From: Promethearchaeota archaeon Loki_b32
Lineage (GTDB): Archaea; Asgardarchaeota; Lokiarchaeia; Sigyniarchaeales; SOKP01
Reading direction: 5' to 3'
Length of the DNA stretch: 64,000 nucleotides
Assembly: GCA_005223125.1 (NCBI GenBank)
Contig: NJBH01000011.1
Span: 1-64,000, forward strand
The notes beneath the pieces are model-generated. The model was not told the DNA's origin, searched no databases, and saw only the letters and a list, made by a program, of their open reading frames with translations. Made by a program: the position numbers and the translations under genes. Positions 1 through 10,241 of the stretch are shown here, piece after piece. How positions within the stretch are numbered: the stretch's first letter is position 1; each line of letters starts with the position of its first letter.

Positions 1-149
1 TGGAAAGGTAAATTCAGAGTCTGATTTCAATGAAAATTCCTTTGAAAAAACTAAATTTATTCAGGAAATTATTAATACCTTTCTTTATCTGCAATTTAGT
101 TAAAAAAAAAATCAAATTTAGATAGATTATATAGAAATATTAACTTTAG

Positions 150-1940
150 TTAGTTCATTAATTCTTCCAATTGATTTACGAATTCTTCATATTGCTTAAT
201 TCCAAGTTCCCAAAATTCAGGTTTGGTTATATCTAATCCTACAATTTTACCAAGTTCCTTGGGTGAAACACTACCCCCACTTGCGAGAAGTTTCTTAAAT
301 TTTGGAGCAAAATCTTTTCCTTCAGTTTTATAGACTTGATACAATGCGTATACAAAAAGTTGAGCATAGACATATGGATAATTATAAAACCTAAAACCAA
401 CTCGGTAATAATGAGATTTCATAGTCCATTCCCATATTAATTCATCAAAAAAATCAACTGAATCTCCGTATATTTTATCTCTACCAGCAACCCATAATTT
501 CGAGATAGTTTGACCATCCAAATATTCATTATTTTTTAATGCGTTGTACATATCCTCTTCGAACCAATATCGGGCACTAACTTGGAATGCAGCCATTCCC
601 GCATCATCTAGAACATGTGCTAAAATTGCTTTTTTGAAACTATCAGAATCAGAAGTCTCTAATAACAAATCAGTCATTAACAATTCACCAAAAGTTGAAG
701 CACATTCGGCAGTAGTATACCCCGGATGTAAATTCAAATAAGTTTGTTTATCAGTGGCTAAATAATCGTGGATAGCATGTCCAAGCTCATGAGCTAAGGT
801 ATAAATTTCCCCTATTTGACCAGCAAAGTTCAATAAAATGAACGCAGATTTTCCTTTATACCAAGAAGCGCAATATGCTCCATTTCTTTTTCCCATCCTG
901 ATGCTAGCATCTATATGACGTTTTTCAAACATGTCTATTGCAATTTCTGCAAATTCTTTATCAAAACCTTCATAAGCTTCTAAAATTAGCTTTTTTGTTT
1001 CATTCCAGGAATATTTCTTATCTGGCATTTCGAGAAGGGGAGCAAGAACATCGGCATAATTTAATCTTGGTAAATTCAAAAGTTTTGCTTTAAGTTTTAA
1101 AAATCTTTGATAAACATGAGCATTCTCTTCGACTGTTTTCATTAAGCTTTCAATAATTTCTTGTTCTGTATCATTAACTATTAGACTATGATGTAAAGCA
1201 TTATTATATTTTCTTCTATCTACAGTTTTCATCCAATCACTACAGATATTTCGTAAAGCTGTAGAAAAAATATATTCATCTTTCCCTAAAGTACTATATA
1301 TTGATTTATCAGCTGAAATCCGCGTTTCTCTGTCTGGATGACTTAATAGAATATATGCCTCTCCATATGATAAAATTTTTTCTTCACCTTCAACCATGAC
1401 ATGAAATTGACGAGTATTAAGCCATTTTCCCTGCAGTTGACTCCATTGACTGATACCATACTGATCTTTCTCCAAAATTAATTGTTCTTCTACTTCGGAT
1501 AATAGGTGGGGATAAGCTCTTGCAATCTTCTCTAGATAATGTTTATAATTTTGTAATGCTGGATCATTAAGTAAATCTTTATTCTCAAAAACAAATTTCC
1601 CAACTTCTAATTCCAAAAATGTTAGTTTTTTATTAACATCAGTAAGAAATTCTATAGTTTTGTTTTTCAAAGCTTCATGTTCAGTTATTTGCATATCTGC
1701 ATCATACAAAATATGAGCAAATGTAAGGAGTTCATCTAATTTTGCTTCAAATTCTTCTTGCCTTTGGAATAACTTAGAAAGGTCACTCGCACTGAATTCA
1801 GGAGGTTTTATCTTTCCTTTATAATCCTTAATAAATTGTTCAACTTGCTTTTTTGAATCCTCTATTAATTTTTCTATTTTTGGATCATCAGGACCAGTAA
1901 ATAATTTGTTTAGATCCCAAGCAATTTCTTCTTTTGTCAT
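150..1940 (-). CDS. pepF: Oligoendopeptidase F (M3B family)
   Basis: N-terminal WDL motif, HELGH zinc motif, AECAS and FYNYPY motifs. The ATG at 1940 follows a GTGA SD; the ORF track starts at a GTG at 1949. Confidence 0.92.
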   Translation of the reverse strand: MTKEEIAWDLNKLFTGPDDPKIEKLIEDSKKQVEQFIKDYKGKIKPPEFSASDLSKLFQRQEEFEAKLDELLTFAHILYDADMQITEHEALKNKTIEFLTDVNKKLTFLELEVGKFVFENKDLLNDPALQNYKHYLEKIARAYPHLLSEVEEQLILEKDQYGISQWSQLQGKWLNTRQFHVMVEGEEKILSYGEAYILLSHPDRETRISADKSIYSTLGKDEYIFSTALRNICSDWMKTVDRRKYNNALHHSLIVNDTEQEIIESLMKTVEENAHVYQRFLKLKAKLLNLPRLNYADVLAPLLEMPDKKYSWNETKKLILEAYEGFDKEFAEIAIDMFEKRHIDASIRMGKRNGAYCASWYKGKSAFILLNFAGQIGEIYTLAHELGHAIHDYLATDKQTYLNLHPGYTTAECASTFGELLMTDLLLETSDSDSFKKAILAHVLDDAGMAAFQVSARYWFEEDMYNALKNNEYLDGQTISKLWVAGRDKIYGDSVDFFDELIWEWTMKSHYYRVGFRFYNYPYVYAQLFVYALYQVYKTEGKDFAPKFKKLLASGGSVSPKELGKIVGLDITKPEFWELGIKQYEEFVNQLEELMN

Positions 1941-2043
1941 TTTAATCACTTTATAAAAATAAGATTTTATAGGATCTAATTAATGTACCAATTAAAATCT
2001 ATTAGAAAAAAATTAATACTTGTTGCTAATTAGATCATATGTT

Positions 2044-3603
2044 TTATTCATATTCTATTGTACTCGGGGGTTTATTTGATATATCATAAACCACTCGGTT
2101 AATTCCTTTAACCTCATTAATTATTCTTGTACTAATCTTTTCTAAAAGCTCCCAATTTAATTTAGAAAAATTAGCTGTCATTGCATCTACTGATTCGACA
2201 ACTCGAATAGCACATATATATTCATAGGTTCGAAAATCTCCCATAATTCCAACAGTTTTCAATGGTAAGAACACACAGAAAGCTTGCCAAAGATTTTCAT
2301 AAATTCCCGCTTTCTTAATTTCATCAATTAATATCTCATCAGCATCTCTTAATATATTAAGCTTATCTTTATTAATTGGACCAATAATTCTAACTGCTAG
2401 ACCTGGACCTGGGAAAGGATGTCTTGTAATTATTTCTTTAGGAACACCCAATTTCACACCAATTCTTCTAACTTCATCTTTATATAAATCTTTCAAAGGT
2501 TCGATAATTTCCAACATCATATCATCAGGTAAAGTTAAATTGTGGTGTGATTTAATTTTCGCAGAAGCTTTACTTGTAGCACTTGTTTCTACACGATCAG
2601 GATAAATGGTACCTTGTGCTAAATACTTTATATCAGGATTTGCTTGTTCAAGCTTAATAGTTTTGTTTTCGAAAACTTCAATAAAAGTGTGCCCAATTAT
2701 TCGGCGTTTTTCTTCTGGATCTTCAATATCTTTAAGTCTCTCTAAAAAAAGATCTTCAGCATCTATGTAATGGAAGTTTTTAAATTTCAATTTGCTTTTA
2801 AAAGTTTCTTGGACTTCACTTTCCTCATTTTTTCTCAATACTCCGTTATTTACAAAAATGCAATGCAATCTATCCCCTATAGCCTTCTGGAGTAAAACAG
2901 CAACTACTGAAGAATCTACACCCCCACTTAATCCTAAAATAACTTTATTCCTTGAACCTACATATTTTTTGATTTTTTCAATCGAATCATCTATCCAACC
3001 CTCTAATTTCCACTCTTTTTTACATTGAGCAATTTTATAGATAAAATTTTCAAGAATTCTATTACCTTTTGGGGTGTTGGAAACTTCTGGATGAAATTGA
3101 ACTCCATATAAAAATTTTTCTTGGTTTCCAAAAGCAGCAATGGGACACGTGTCTGTTTTCGCATAAATTGTAAATCCTTCAACCAATTCTGTAATTTGAT
3201 CTCCGTGTGACATCCAAACTACCTCTTCTCTTAAAAGTGAATCAAATAATAAATTGGGATCCAATATTTTAAGTATTGCTTTCCCGTATTCCTTGGTTTC
3301 TTTGCTTTTGATTTTCCCTCCCTGATGATACATAATTAAATGATGGCCATAGCAAATTCCTAGAACCGGAATTTTGTTTTCAAGTGTAAATGTGAAAAAT
3401 TCTTGTTTTAATTTTGGGCTATTATCTTCATAGACACTGCTAGGACCTCCAGAAAGAATAATAGCTCTAGGATTAACTTTCCTTAGGTTTTCAATGTTGA
3501 CATTAAAGGGTAAAATTTCAGCATAAACTCCCAAATCTCTTATTCGACGTGTAATTAAATGTGCATATTGTCCGCCAAAATCTAATACGATAATAATATT
3601 CAT
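2044..3603 (-). CDS. guaA: GMP synthase (glutamine-hydrolysing), fused GATase + synthetase domains
   Basis: LDFGGQY, LGICYG, QFHPEV, SGGVDS, IKSHHN, RHPFPGPGL and KPPSTIEYE motifs. Confidence 0.97.
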   Translation of the reverse strand: MNIIIVLDFGGQYAHLITRRIRDLGVYAEILPFNVNIENLRKVNPRAIILSGGPSSVYEDNSPKLKQEFFTFTLENKIPVLGICYGHHLIMYHQGGKIKSKETKEYGKAILKILDPNLLFDSLLREEVVWMSHGDQITELVEGFTIYAKTDTCPIAAFGNQEKFLYGVQFHPEVSNTPKGNRILENFIYKIAQCKKEWKLEGWIDDSIEKIKKYVGSRNKVILGLSGGVDSSVVAVLLQKAIGDRLHCIFVNNGVLRKNEESEVQETFKSKLKFKNFHYIDAEDLFLERLKDIEDPEEKRRIIGHTFIEVFENKTIKLEQANPDIKYLAQGTIYPDRVETSATSKASAKIKSHHNLTLPDDMMLEIIEPLKDLYKDEVRRIGVKLGVPKEIITRHPFPGPGLAVRIIGPINKDKLNILRDADEILIDEIKKAGIYENLWQAFCVFLPLKTVGIMGDFRTYEYICAIRVVESVDAMTANFSKLNWELLEKISTRIINEVKGINRVVYDISNKPPSTIEYE

Positions 3604-4079
3604 GATCTTCCTAATCTGAACGAGTTTTAGAATCTGAATTGAATATTAAGTTGATTTAATTTAGATTATATTTAATAAATTGAAATTGTTTAATTCTTAA
3701 TATTAAAAAAGTGTTTTAACAAATTAATTTTTTCAATCAGATTTTTAAAAAAATAGAAGCTATCGATTTAACAAGTTTTTTAGGAGAATTACTTTTTCTG
3801 TCCTAATTTTTTTTAAAATCTATGAATATTTGATTAATTATTTTTCTAATTTTAATTTTTGACAAGAAAAATTTTACTTATTTGCATAAGGCAAATTTCA
3901 ATTTTCAAATCTTTTTTTAAAATCTATGAATATTTGACTAGTTATTTTTCTAATTTTAATTATAAAAATTTTTCTTATCTATTAGTGCAAATTTTATGTA
4001 TCAATTCTTTTTTATTTCTTATCAAAAGGTTTATATTTAGAGAGAAAACTTAAAAATTCTTTCTATAGACAGTGAATGG

Positions 4080-4703
4080 TTGAAAATAATAGAAGTTCTT
4101 GAAATAAAACCTGTAAAGAATAAAAATATAAATTTTTATTTAATAAGAGATGGAGTATTAAATCAAGAATTGCTCGATAATCTTAGCAATATTTTGAAAA
4201 ATGAAAAATTTCGATTCGCAATTATTGATTTTAATGATTTCCAATCCAAAAAACTATATGAAACTCCCTTACATCTTTTTTTGGACAAATTTAAAATCCC
4301 TTATTATAGTGTCGATATCCCTCAACATGTGCGAGATCCCTTATGTGTAGAGATCTTAGAAAAAGAATTATTAATTAATGAGTTAGAAAATGAATATGAA
4401 GATTTAATTTCTGATCCTGAACAAGAGGAATCATTTAAAGCTCAGAATTTAGACTCTTGGATTAATTTATTAAAACAAGAAGTAAAAGATAAAAAGGATT
4501 ATTTAAAACTAACGTTAAAGCCACAATGGGTAGTGAAAAAAGTCTTAGATATTGTAAAAATGATTAAAACCGATAGATTCTCAATTATGCATTTTACTCA
4601 CGAGGAGATTTTCACAGAATTGAAAGAATTGTTTGAGAAGTATAATATCAAGGTCATTAAATTTGATGTAAATAAAAAAAATTTAAAATCTATTCTAATT
4701 TAA
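4080..4703 (+). CDS. Hypothetical protein, paralogous to the N-terminal domain of the downstream Mtd-like protein
   Basis: EVLEIKPVKNKNI vs QVLELKPLKNKKL; IPYYSVDIPQH vs IPYSLVDIPEY; both have a central coiled coil. Confidence 0.75.
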   Translation: MKIIEVLEIKPVKNKNINFYLIRDGVLNQELLDNLSNILKNEKFRFAIIDFNDFQSKKLYETPLHLFLDKFKIPYYSVDIPQHVRDPLCVEILEKELLINELENEYEDLISDPEQEESFKAQNLDSWINLLKQEVKDKKDYLKLTLKPQWVVKKVLDIVKMIKTDRFSIMHFTHEEIFTELKELFEKYNIKVIKFDVNKKNLKSILI

Positions 4704-4719
4704 AAAGGAGGTTAAAGGT

Positions 4720-6384
4720 ATGCAAGTTCTAGAATTAAAACCTTTAAAAAATAAAAAATTAAAAATAAAATTGGTTGAGAGTGAATTTCCAGTTGATTGG
4801 TCATTAGAAGTACCAAATAATCAAACTGAAGTTCTAGGGGATACTTTTTTTATATCTAGGCAATATTTGGCATTAATTACAGATTTAATAAAAAAAGAAA
4901 GACCTGATTTTGTTGTTGAAGATAAAGGAATACGACCATTTGTAGAAACAAATGGAGATGATGAATTCGTAAAAATATTTAGCGAGGAAGGAATCCCTTA
5001 TAGTTTAGTTGATATCCCTGAATATGCTTTAGATTATATCTCCCTGCCCCTAACTAATAAAAAAGAACTTATTGAGAAATTTGACGTAGAAATTAAAAAC
5101 TATAAAGAAAAGCGGACGGTTTATTATAATGACCTTCATTTCCAGCAATTGGTATTATGGAAGCAATATTTAAAAGATGAGTATAAAGAAGAAGAAAATG
5201 AAATTAGATATAAAATACGTGAAGCATGGATGATGATGGGGATTCTTAAATTTGCTAAATTATTGGACAAGAGACATCTGGTTACTTTGTTTATATGTGA
5301 TAAAAGACATTTTGAGGGGATTCTTTTTTTAGCAAAAGAATTAGATATCGAATGTGACATTATCAACATTAAGAAAATAGCTAAAAATTTTGATAAAGCG
5401 ACTTCAGTTTCGGGGATAATGAAGAAATCAGTTATTGAAATCATGCCAATTAAAATAAAGAAGAAGCCTAAGGAAGAAAAAATAATATATTTTTTTGATA
5501 CTGATGAATATTGTTCTCCATTTGATACTAATATGGGATATGATGCGGGTTTTGATGTGGTTCTCCCTTTCCCCAGGATGACTGCGGACAGAGTGGAAAA
5601 GCTAGTACAAGATGCCATGTTTTCACGAAGGATGGGTGCACCTACAGTCTATTTTATAGGAGGGTCAAATGTTGAAGAAAGCGACAAGATTGCAGATGCT
5701 GTTTTGAATGCTCTTGTACCACCATTTGAATCCCCTGTGATTATAGACCCCCGTGGAGCACATACAACAGCTTCTGCAATTGTTGCTAAAACTATAGAAA
5801 TAGCAAGAATGCATAGAATAAATGCTTTAGCTAATAAAAAACTAGTAATATTAGGTGGGACTGGACCAGTAGGACAAATTTGTGCATTAATCGGATCAAA
5901 ACTTCAAGCAAAAGTGTATATTACTTCTCGTCGGGAAAAGGCCGTTAAAAGTATAGCTGAAGAACTTATGAAAAAAGCAGGAAAGGGTGCCTCTCAGATA
6001 AATGGTGTAGTTGTTATTACTGATGAAGAAAAATTTGAAGTTTTAAAAGATGCGGATATAATATGGTCTGTAGGTAAGGCAGGTATTCAACTGGTGTCAA
6101 AAAAATTGATGAAAAGACTTCCTTCAAATAAAATTGTAGTAGATTTAAATCTCGTTCCCCCTTATGGTATTGAGGGAATAAAACCAAATTTTAATAATAA
6201 AGAGTTCTGTTCAGGAATTTATGGGATTGGTGCGTTAGAAATAGGACGTCTTAAATATAAAATAGAAAATAAGATCCTTAAAGAGGCTACCACAAGAAAG
6301 GGCAAAGTAATCTTTGATTATAATATTGCCTTTAGATATGCAGCAAAAATGATTCTCGGCAGTGAAATTGAGATTATACATTAA
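4720..6384 (+). CDS. NAD(P)-dependent methylene-H4MPT dehydrogenase (MtdA/MtdB-like) with a ~250-aa N-terminal extension
   Basis: SPFD.NMGYDAGFD, VQDAMFSR, FIGG, DPRGAHTTASA, GGTGPVG and DLNLVPPYGIEG match the MtdA/B family. Confidence 0.85.
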   Translation: MQVLELKPLKNKKLKIKLVESEFPVDWSLEVPNNQTEVLGDTFFISRQYLALITDLIKKERPDFVVEDKGIRPFVETNGDDEFVKIFSEEGIPYSLVDIPEYALDYISLPLTNKKELIEKFDVEIKNYKEKRTVYYNDLHFQQLVLWKQYLKDEYKEEENEIRYKIREAWMMMGILKFAKLLDKRHLVTLFICDKRHFEGILFLAKELDIECDIINIKKIAKNFDKATSVSGIMKKSVIEIMPIKIKKKPKEEKIIYFFDTDEYCSPFDTNMGYDAGFDVVLPFPRMTADRVEKLVQDAMFSRRMGAPTVYFIGGSNVEESDKIADAVLNALVPPFESPVIIDPRGAHTTASAIVAKTIEIARMHRINALANKKLVILGGTGPVGQICALIGSKLQAKVYITSRREKAVKSIAEELMKKAGKGASQINGVVVITDEEKFEVLKDADIIWSVGKAGIQLVSKKLMKRLPSNKIVVDLNLVPPYGIEGIKPNFNNKEFCSGIYGIGALEIGRLKYKIENKILKEATTRKGKVIFDYNIAFRYAAKMILGSEIEIIH

Positions 6385-6474
6385 AATTCTTTAAAGAATT
6401 TTTTTAATAACAAAATCTTTTTTTATTGGATTATTCTAACTTAGCAATATAATACTTATTGAAAGTGATTCATA

Positions 6475-7356
6475 TTGCCTTACAAGATAATAGAAAAAAA
6501 GCAACTAGGGAATAGTGATACGTTATATGAGATGGTGCTAAACACACCTTTAATTGCTAAAAAAGCATTTGCAGGGAATTTTGTATTAATTAGAATTAAT
6601 GAGAAAGGAGAAAGAATTCCTCTAACCATTGCAGATTATGATCGAGAAAAAGGAACAATTACTTTAGTAATTCAAGTTATTGGGAAGTCTACATTATTAC
6701 TTTCCCACCAAAATGAAGGTGATGAAATCCTAGATGTTGTTGGGCCTTTAGGAAACAAGATACATATCAAAAAATATGAATATCCAATAATTATCATTGG
6801 TGGTGGTGTTGGAATTGCTCCATGTTATCCTCAAGCAATGGAATTGAAGAAAGTTGGAAATAAGATCATTTCGATTTTAGGGGCTCGTACGAAGGATCTC
6901 CTCTTTTGGAAAGATAGGATGGCCGCTGTAAGTGATGAGGTAATTATTACTACTAATGATGGAACTGATGGCATTGAAGGTTTTGTGACTACTCCATTAA
7001 AAGAAATACTCAAAAAAGAAAAGATAAGCCTCGTCATTACTATTGGCCCTCTGATTATGATGAAAAATGTAGTCTTACTTACTAGTGGTATAGAAGGATT
7101 ACCTAAGGTAAAAACGTTTGTATCATTAAATACAATAATGGTGGATGGCACTGGCATGTGTGGAGGTTGCCGGTTTTCCACTTTAGATGGTGATATATAC
7201 TTTGCTTGTGTTGATGGCCCTGATGTTGATGGTCATATAGTAGATTTTGATAATCTTTTAAAACGCGCTGATAGATTTGTAGATCAAGAGAAAAATAGTT
7301 TGGAATGTTATGATCCTGAATGTAAAGCTTTAGAAAAATTAAATAATGGGAGTTGA
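6475..7356 (+). CDS. nfnA: NfnA/SudB-type FAD/NAD-binding [2Fe-2S] subunit
   Basis: GERIPLTIAD, GGGVGIAP, IMVDGTGMCGGCR and ACVDGP motifs. Confidence 0.9.
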   Translation: MPYKIIEKKQLGNSDTLYEMVLNTPLIAKKAFAGNFVLIRINEKGERIPLTIADYDREKGTITLVIQVIGKSTLLLSHQNEGDEILDVVGPLGNKIHIKKYEYPIIIIGGGVGIAPCYPQAMELKKVGNKIISILGARTKDLLFWKDRMAAVSDEVIITTNDGTDGIEGFVTTPLKEILKKEKISLVITIGPLIMMKNVVLLTSGIEGLPKVKTFVSLNTIMVDGTGMCGGCRFSTLDGDIYFACVDGPDVDGHIVDFDNLLKRADRFVDQEKNSLECYDPECKALEKLNNGS

Positions 7357-7364
7357 ATTTTAAA

Positions 7365-10082
7365 ATGAAAAATCAAACACCATTAATCAAAATTTTAAAT
7401 GAAAACAGAGAAAAAATACTAAAAGCTGAAAAATATAACGATACAGAATTAGAAAGTTTTTTTGAATCATTAACACAAGCAGAAATTCAAAAACAAACTA
7501 TTTTACAAAGAATAAAAGAATTAGGAAAAATTAATATTGAAAGATTGGAAAACGAATTAGAAATTTCAAATCAAGATTTAAATCTAAATATTGAATATTT
7601 AAAAGAATTAGGTCTTCTGAAAGAGGTTGGTGAAAAATCAAGGTTTTTTCAAGAAATCCTCGAAAAGAATGAGATCGAAGGTTTATTTCCCACTGTCACA
7701 ATAATTAGAGATGTTAATTTATGTTGTGGCTGTAGTTTATGTGTTTCAATATGTCCTGTAAATGCGATTGAATATTTAGATGATACTTTTAAAATAAATG
7801 AAGATTTATGTTTTAAATGCGGATTATGCTTTGCGTGTTGTCCAAGATCTTTTTTTCCCAAGTCATTGAAAAATAAGATGGAGGACAATGATTCTGAGGT
7901 CAAGTTCTTAGATCAATTAAATTATTACCGTGAGATTTACACTGCACATACAAATGATGATAATATTAAGGAAGTGGCTCAAGATGGAGGTATTGTAACA
8001 ACATTACTTAAAACTGCTTTTCAAGAAAAACTTATTGATGGAGTTTTAACTGTTGGAGCTTCAGATATACCACATAAACCCTTACCTCTTTATATTGAAA
8101 ATGAAGATGATCTTCTTCGAACTGCTGGAACAAAATATGCAAATTGTCCCAGTTTTAAAATATTGCATCAATCAAAAAGCTATAATCGTATTGCTGTTGT
8201 TGGAACACCATGTATGATGCAAGCACTTAAAAAAATCTCATTTTATCCTATGAATAAGCCATATTATAACAATATACAGTTTAAAATTGGCTTATTTTGT
8301 ATGGAATCCTTTGATTATAACCAAATTGTGGAGCTTCTAGAAAATGAATTTCAGAAATCCCCAAATGATGTAAAAAAAATGGATATTGATAAGGGGAAAT
8401 TTTATCTATTTAATAAAGATGGAACTTCTCTAAATATACCTCTCAAAAAAATAAAAAAATACGGAAGACTGGCGTGTTTCTTCTGTGATGATTTGACAGC
8501 AGAACACGCAGATATATCAGTGGGGTCTATAGGGTCTGATTCTGGTTGGTCCACTGTTATCATTAGAACTAAAAACGGTGCGGAATTGTTTCAAAAAGCT
8601 GTGGATCGCAACCTAATCGAAAAAAAGGAAATTAAAGAAGAAAATAAAAGCTTTGTCTCTCTTAGTCGTATTGCTAAATCTAAACAGAAATTCTATATAG
8701 AAGGTCAAAGACCTAAGATGATTGAACAGGATCCAAAAGAGAGAATAACAAATTTTAACGAAGTATCTCTTGGCATAAAAGAAGAGATAGTGAAATTAGA
8801 GACTCAGAGGTGTTTACAATGTGGAAGACCACTTTGCATAAATGGATGTCCTGTAAATATCAATATTCCGGAATTCATTAGATTATTGAAAATTGGCAAA
8901 ATACAAGATGCCCTTCATACAATTAAAAAGGATAATCTATTGCCTGCTATTTGTGGAAGAGTATGTCCTCAAGAAGTACAATGTGAAAAAACATGTTTAT
9001 TAAATTCTCTTGGAGAACCCATTTCAATAGGGTATTTAGAAAGATATTTAGCAGACTGGGAAAGAAAAAATCAGTTAAAAGAATGCCCCGATTGTCAAAC
9101 GCCTAATAACATTAAAATTGCTATCATAGGTTCAGGTCCATCAGGTTTAACTTGTGCTGGAGACCTTGCGATGATGGGCTATGATGTTACAATATTCGAA
9201 GCATTCCATGCGGGTGGAGGTGTATTAGTATACGGTATACCCGAATTTAGATTACCAAAAGAAATTGTAGCAGATGAGATAGAAACCTTAAAAATGCTAG
9301 GAGTGAAAGTTGAATATAATAAAATAATTGGAAAAATTTTAACAATCAATGACCTTAAAGAAATGGGATTTAAAGCATTTTTTATCGGTGTGGGCGCAGG
9401 ATTACCATCTATAAGAAAGATCCCAGGGATCAATCTAAATGGTGTACTCACTGCAAATGAATTCCTTACACGGGCAAATTTAATGAAAGCTTATAAATTT
9501 CCAGAATATGACACTCCTATAAAAATAGGAAAAATCATTACAGTCATTGGAGGGGGTAATGTAGCTTTAGATTCTGCTCGTGTTGCACTACGACTCGGTG
9601 CCGAAAAAGTTATCATAGTATATAGACGAACTGAAGCTGAAATGCCCGCAAGAAAAGAAGAATACCACCACGCAGTAGAAGAGGGAATTAAATTTCAATT
9701 TTTAACAAATCCAGTAAGGTTCCTAGGAAATGATGAAGGAAATGTTAATCAGATTGAGGTTCTTAAAATGAAGTTGGGCGAACCTGATGCTTCTGGAAGA
9801 CCAAGACCAATTCCAATAGAAAATTCAGAGTATTTAATTAATTGTGATACTGTTATTATAGCTATTGGTGCTAATGCTAATCCAATTCTAACAAATTCAA
9901 TTCCAGAATTAAAAACTTCTAAATGGGGTTATATTGAAGCAGATGATGATGGAAATACAAACTTAGAAGGAATTTTTGCTGGTGGAGATATTGTATCTGG
10001 TTCGGCGACAGTTATCAGTGCGATGGGTGCTGGACGCAAAGCTGCAAATGCAATCAATCTATATTTAAAATCAAAGTATTAA
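7365..10082 (+). CDS. Fusion: wHTH-like + 2x[4Fe-4S] + FrhB/FpoF (F420-binding) + NfnB/SudA (GltD-like)
   Basis: Two CxxCxxCxxxCP motifs; FrhB motifs AQDGGIVT, VVGTPC, GLFCMESF, ADISVGSIG; NfnB motifs RCLQC...GCPV, CGRVCPQE, GSGPSG, GGGNVA.D.AR, GGDIV.G..TVI.AMG.G. Confidence 0.88.
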   Translation: MKNQTPLIKILNENREKILKAEKYNDTELESFFESLTQAEIQKQTILQRIKELGKINIERLENELEISNQDLNLNIEYLKELGLLKEVGEKSRFFQEILEKNEIEGLFPTVTIIRDVNLCCGCSLCVSICPVNAIEYLDDTFKINEDLCFKCGLCFACCPRSFFPKSLKNKMEDNDSEVKFLDQLNYYREIYTAHTNDDNIKEVAQDGGIVTTLLKTAFQEKLIDGVLTVGASDIPHKPLPLYIENEDDLLRTAGTKYANCPSFKILHQSKSYNRIAVVGTPCMMQALKKISFYPMNKPYYNNIQFKIGLFCMESFDYNQIVELLENEFQKSPNDVKKMDIDKGKFYLFNKDGTSLNIPLKKIKKYGRLACFFCDDLTAEHADISVGSIGSDSGWSTVIIRTKNGAELFQKAVDRNLIEKKEIKEENKSFVSLSRIAKSKQKFYIEGQRPKMIEQDPKERITNFNEVSLGIKEEIVKLETQRCLQCGRPLCINGCPVNINIPEFIRLLKIGKIQDALHTIKKDNLLPAICGRVCPQEVQCEKTCLLNSLGEPISIGYLERYLADWERKNQLKECPDCQTPNNIKIAIIGSGPSGLTCAGDLAMMGYDVTIFEAFHAGGGVLVYGIPEFRLPKEIVADEIETLKMLGVKVEYNKIIGKILTINDLKEMGFKAFFIGVGAGLPSIRKIPGINLNGVLTANEFLTRANLMKAYKFPEYDTPIKIGKIITVIGGGNVALDSARVALRLGAEKVIIVYRRTEAEMPARKEEYHHAVEEGIKFQFLTNPVRFLGNDEGNVNQIEVLKMKLGEPDASGRPRPIPIENSEYLINCDTVIIAIGANANPILTNSIPELKTSKWGYIEADDDGNTNLEGIFAGGDIVSGSATVISAMGAGRKAANAINLYLKSKY

Positions 10083-10241
10083 TCATTAAAAAAATTTGAT
10101 TTGATTCTTTTTAGATTTATTAATTTTCCCACAGCAGATTTAGAATGTATTTAATTTTAATAATCGATAATTTTATATATTTCTAAAGAAAATTCAAATT
10201 AATTTTTCATAATATAAAAAAACATTAGGAGTAAAATTAAA

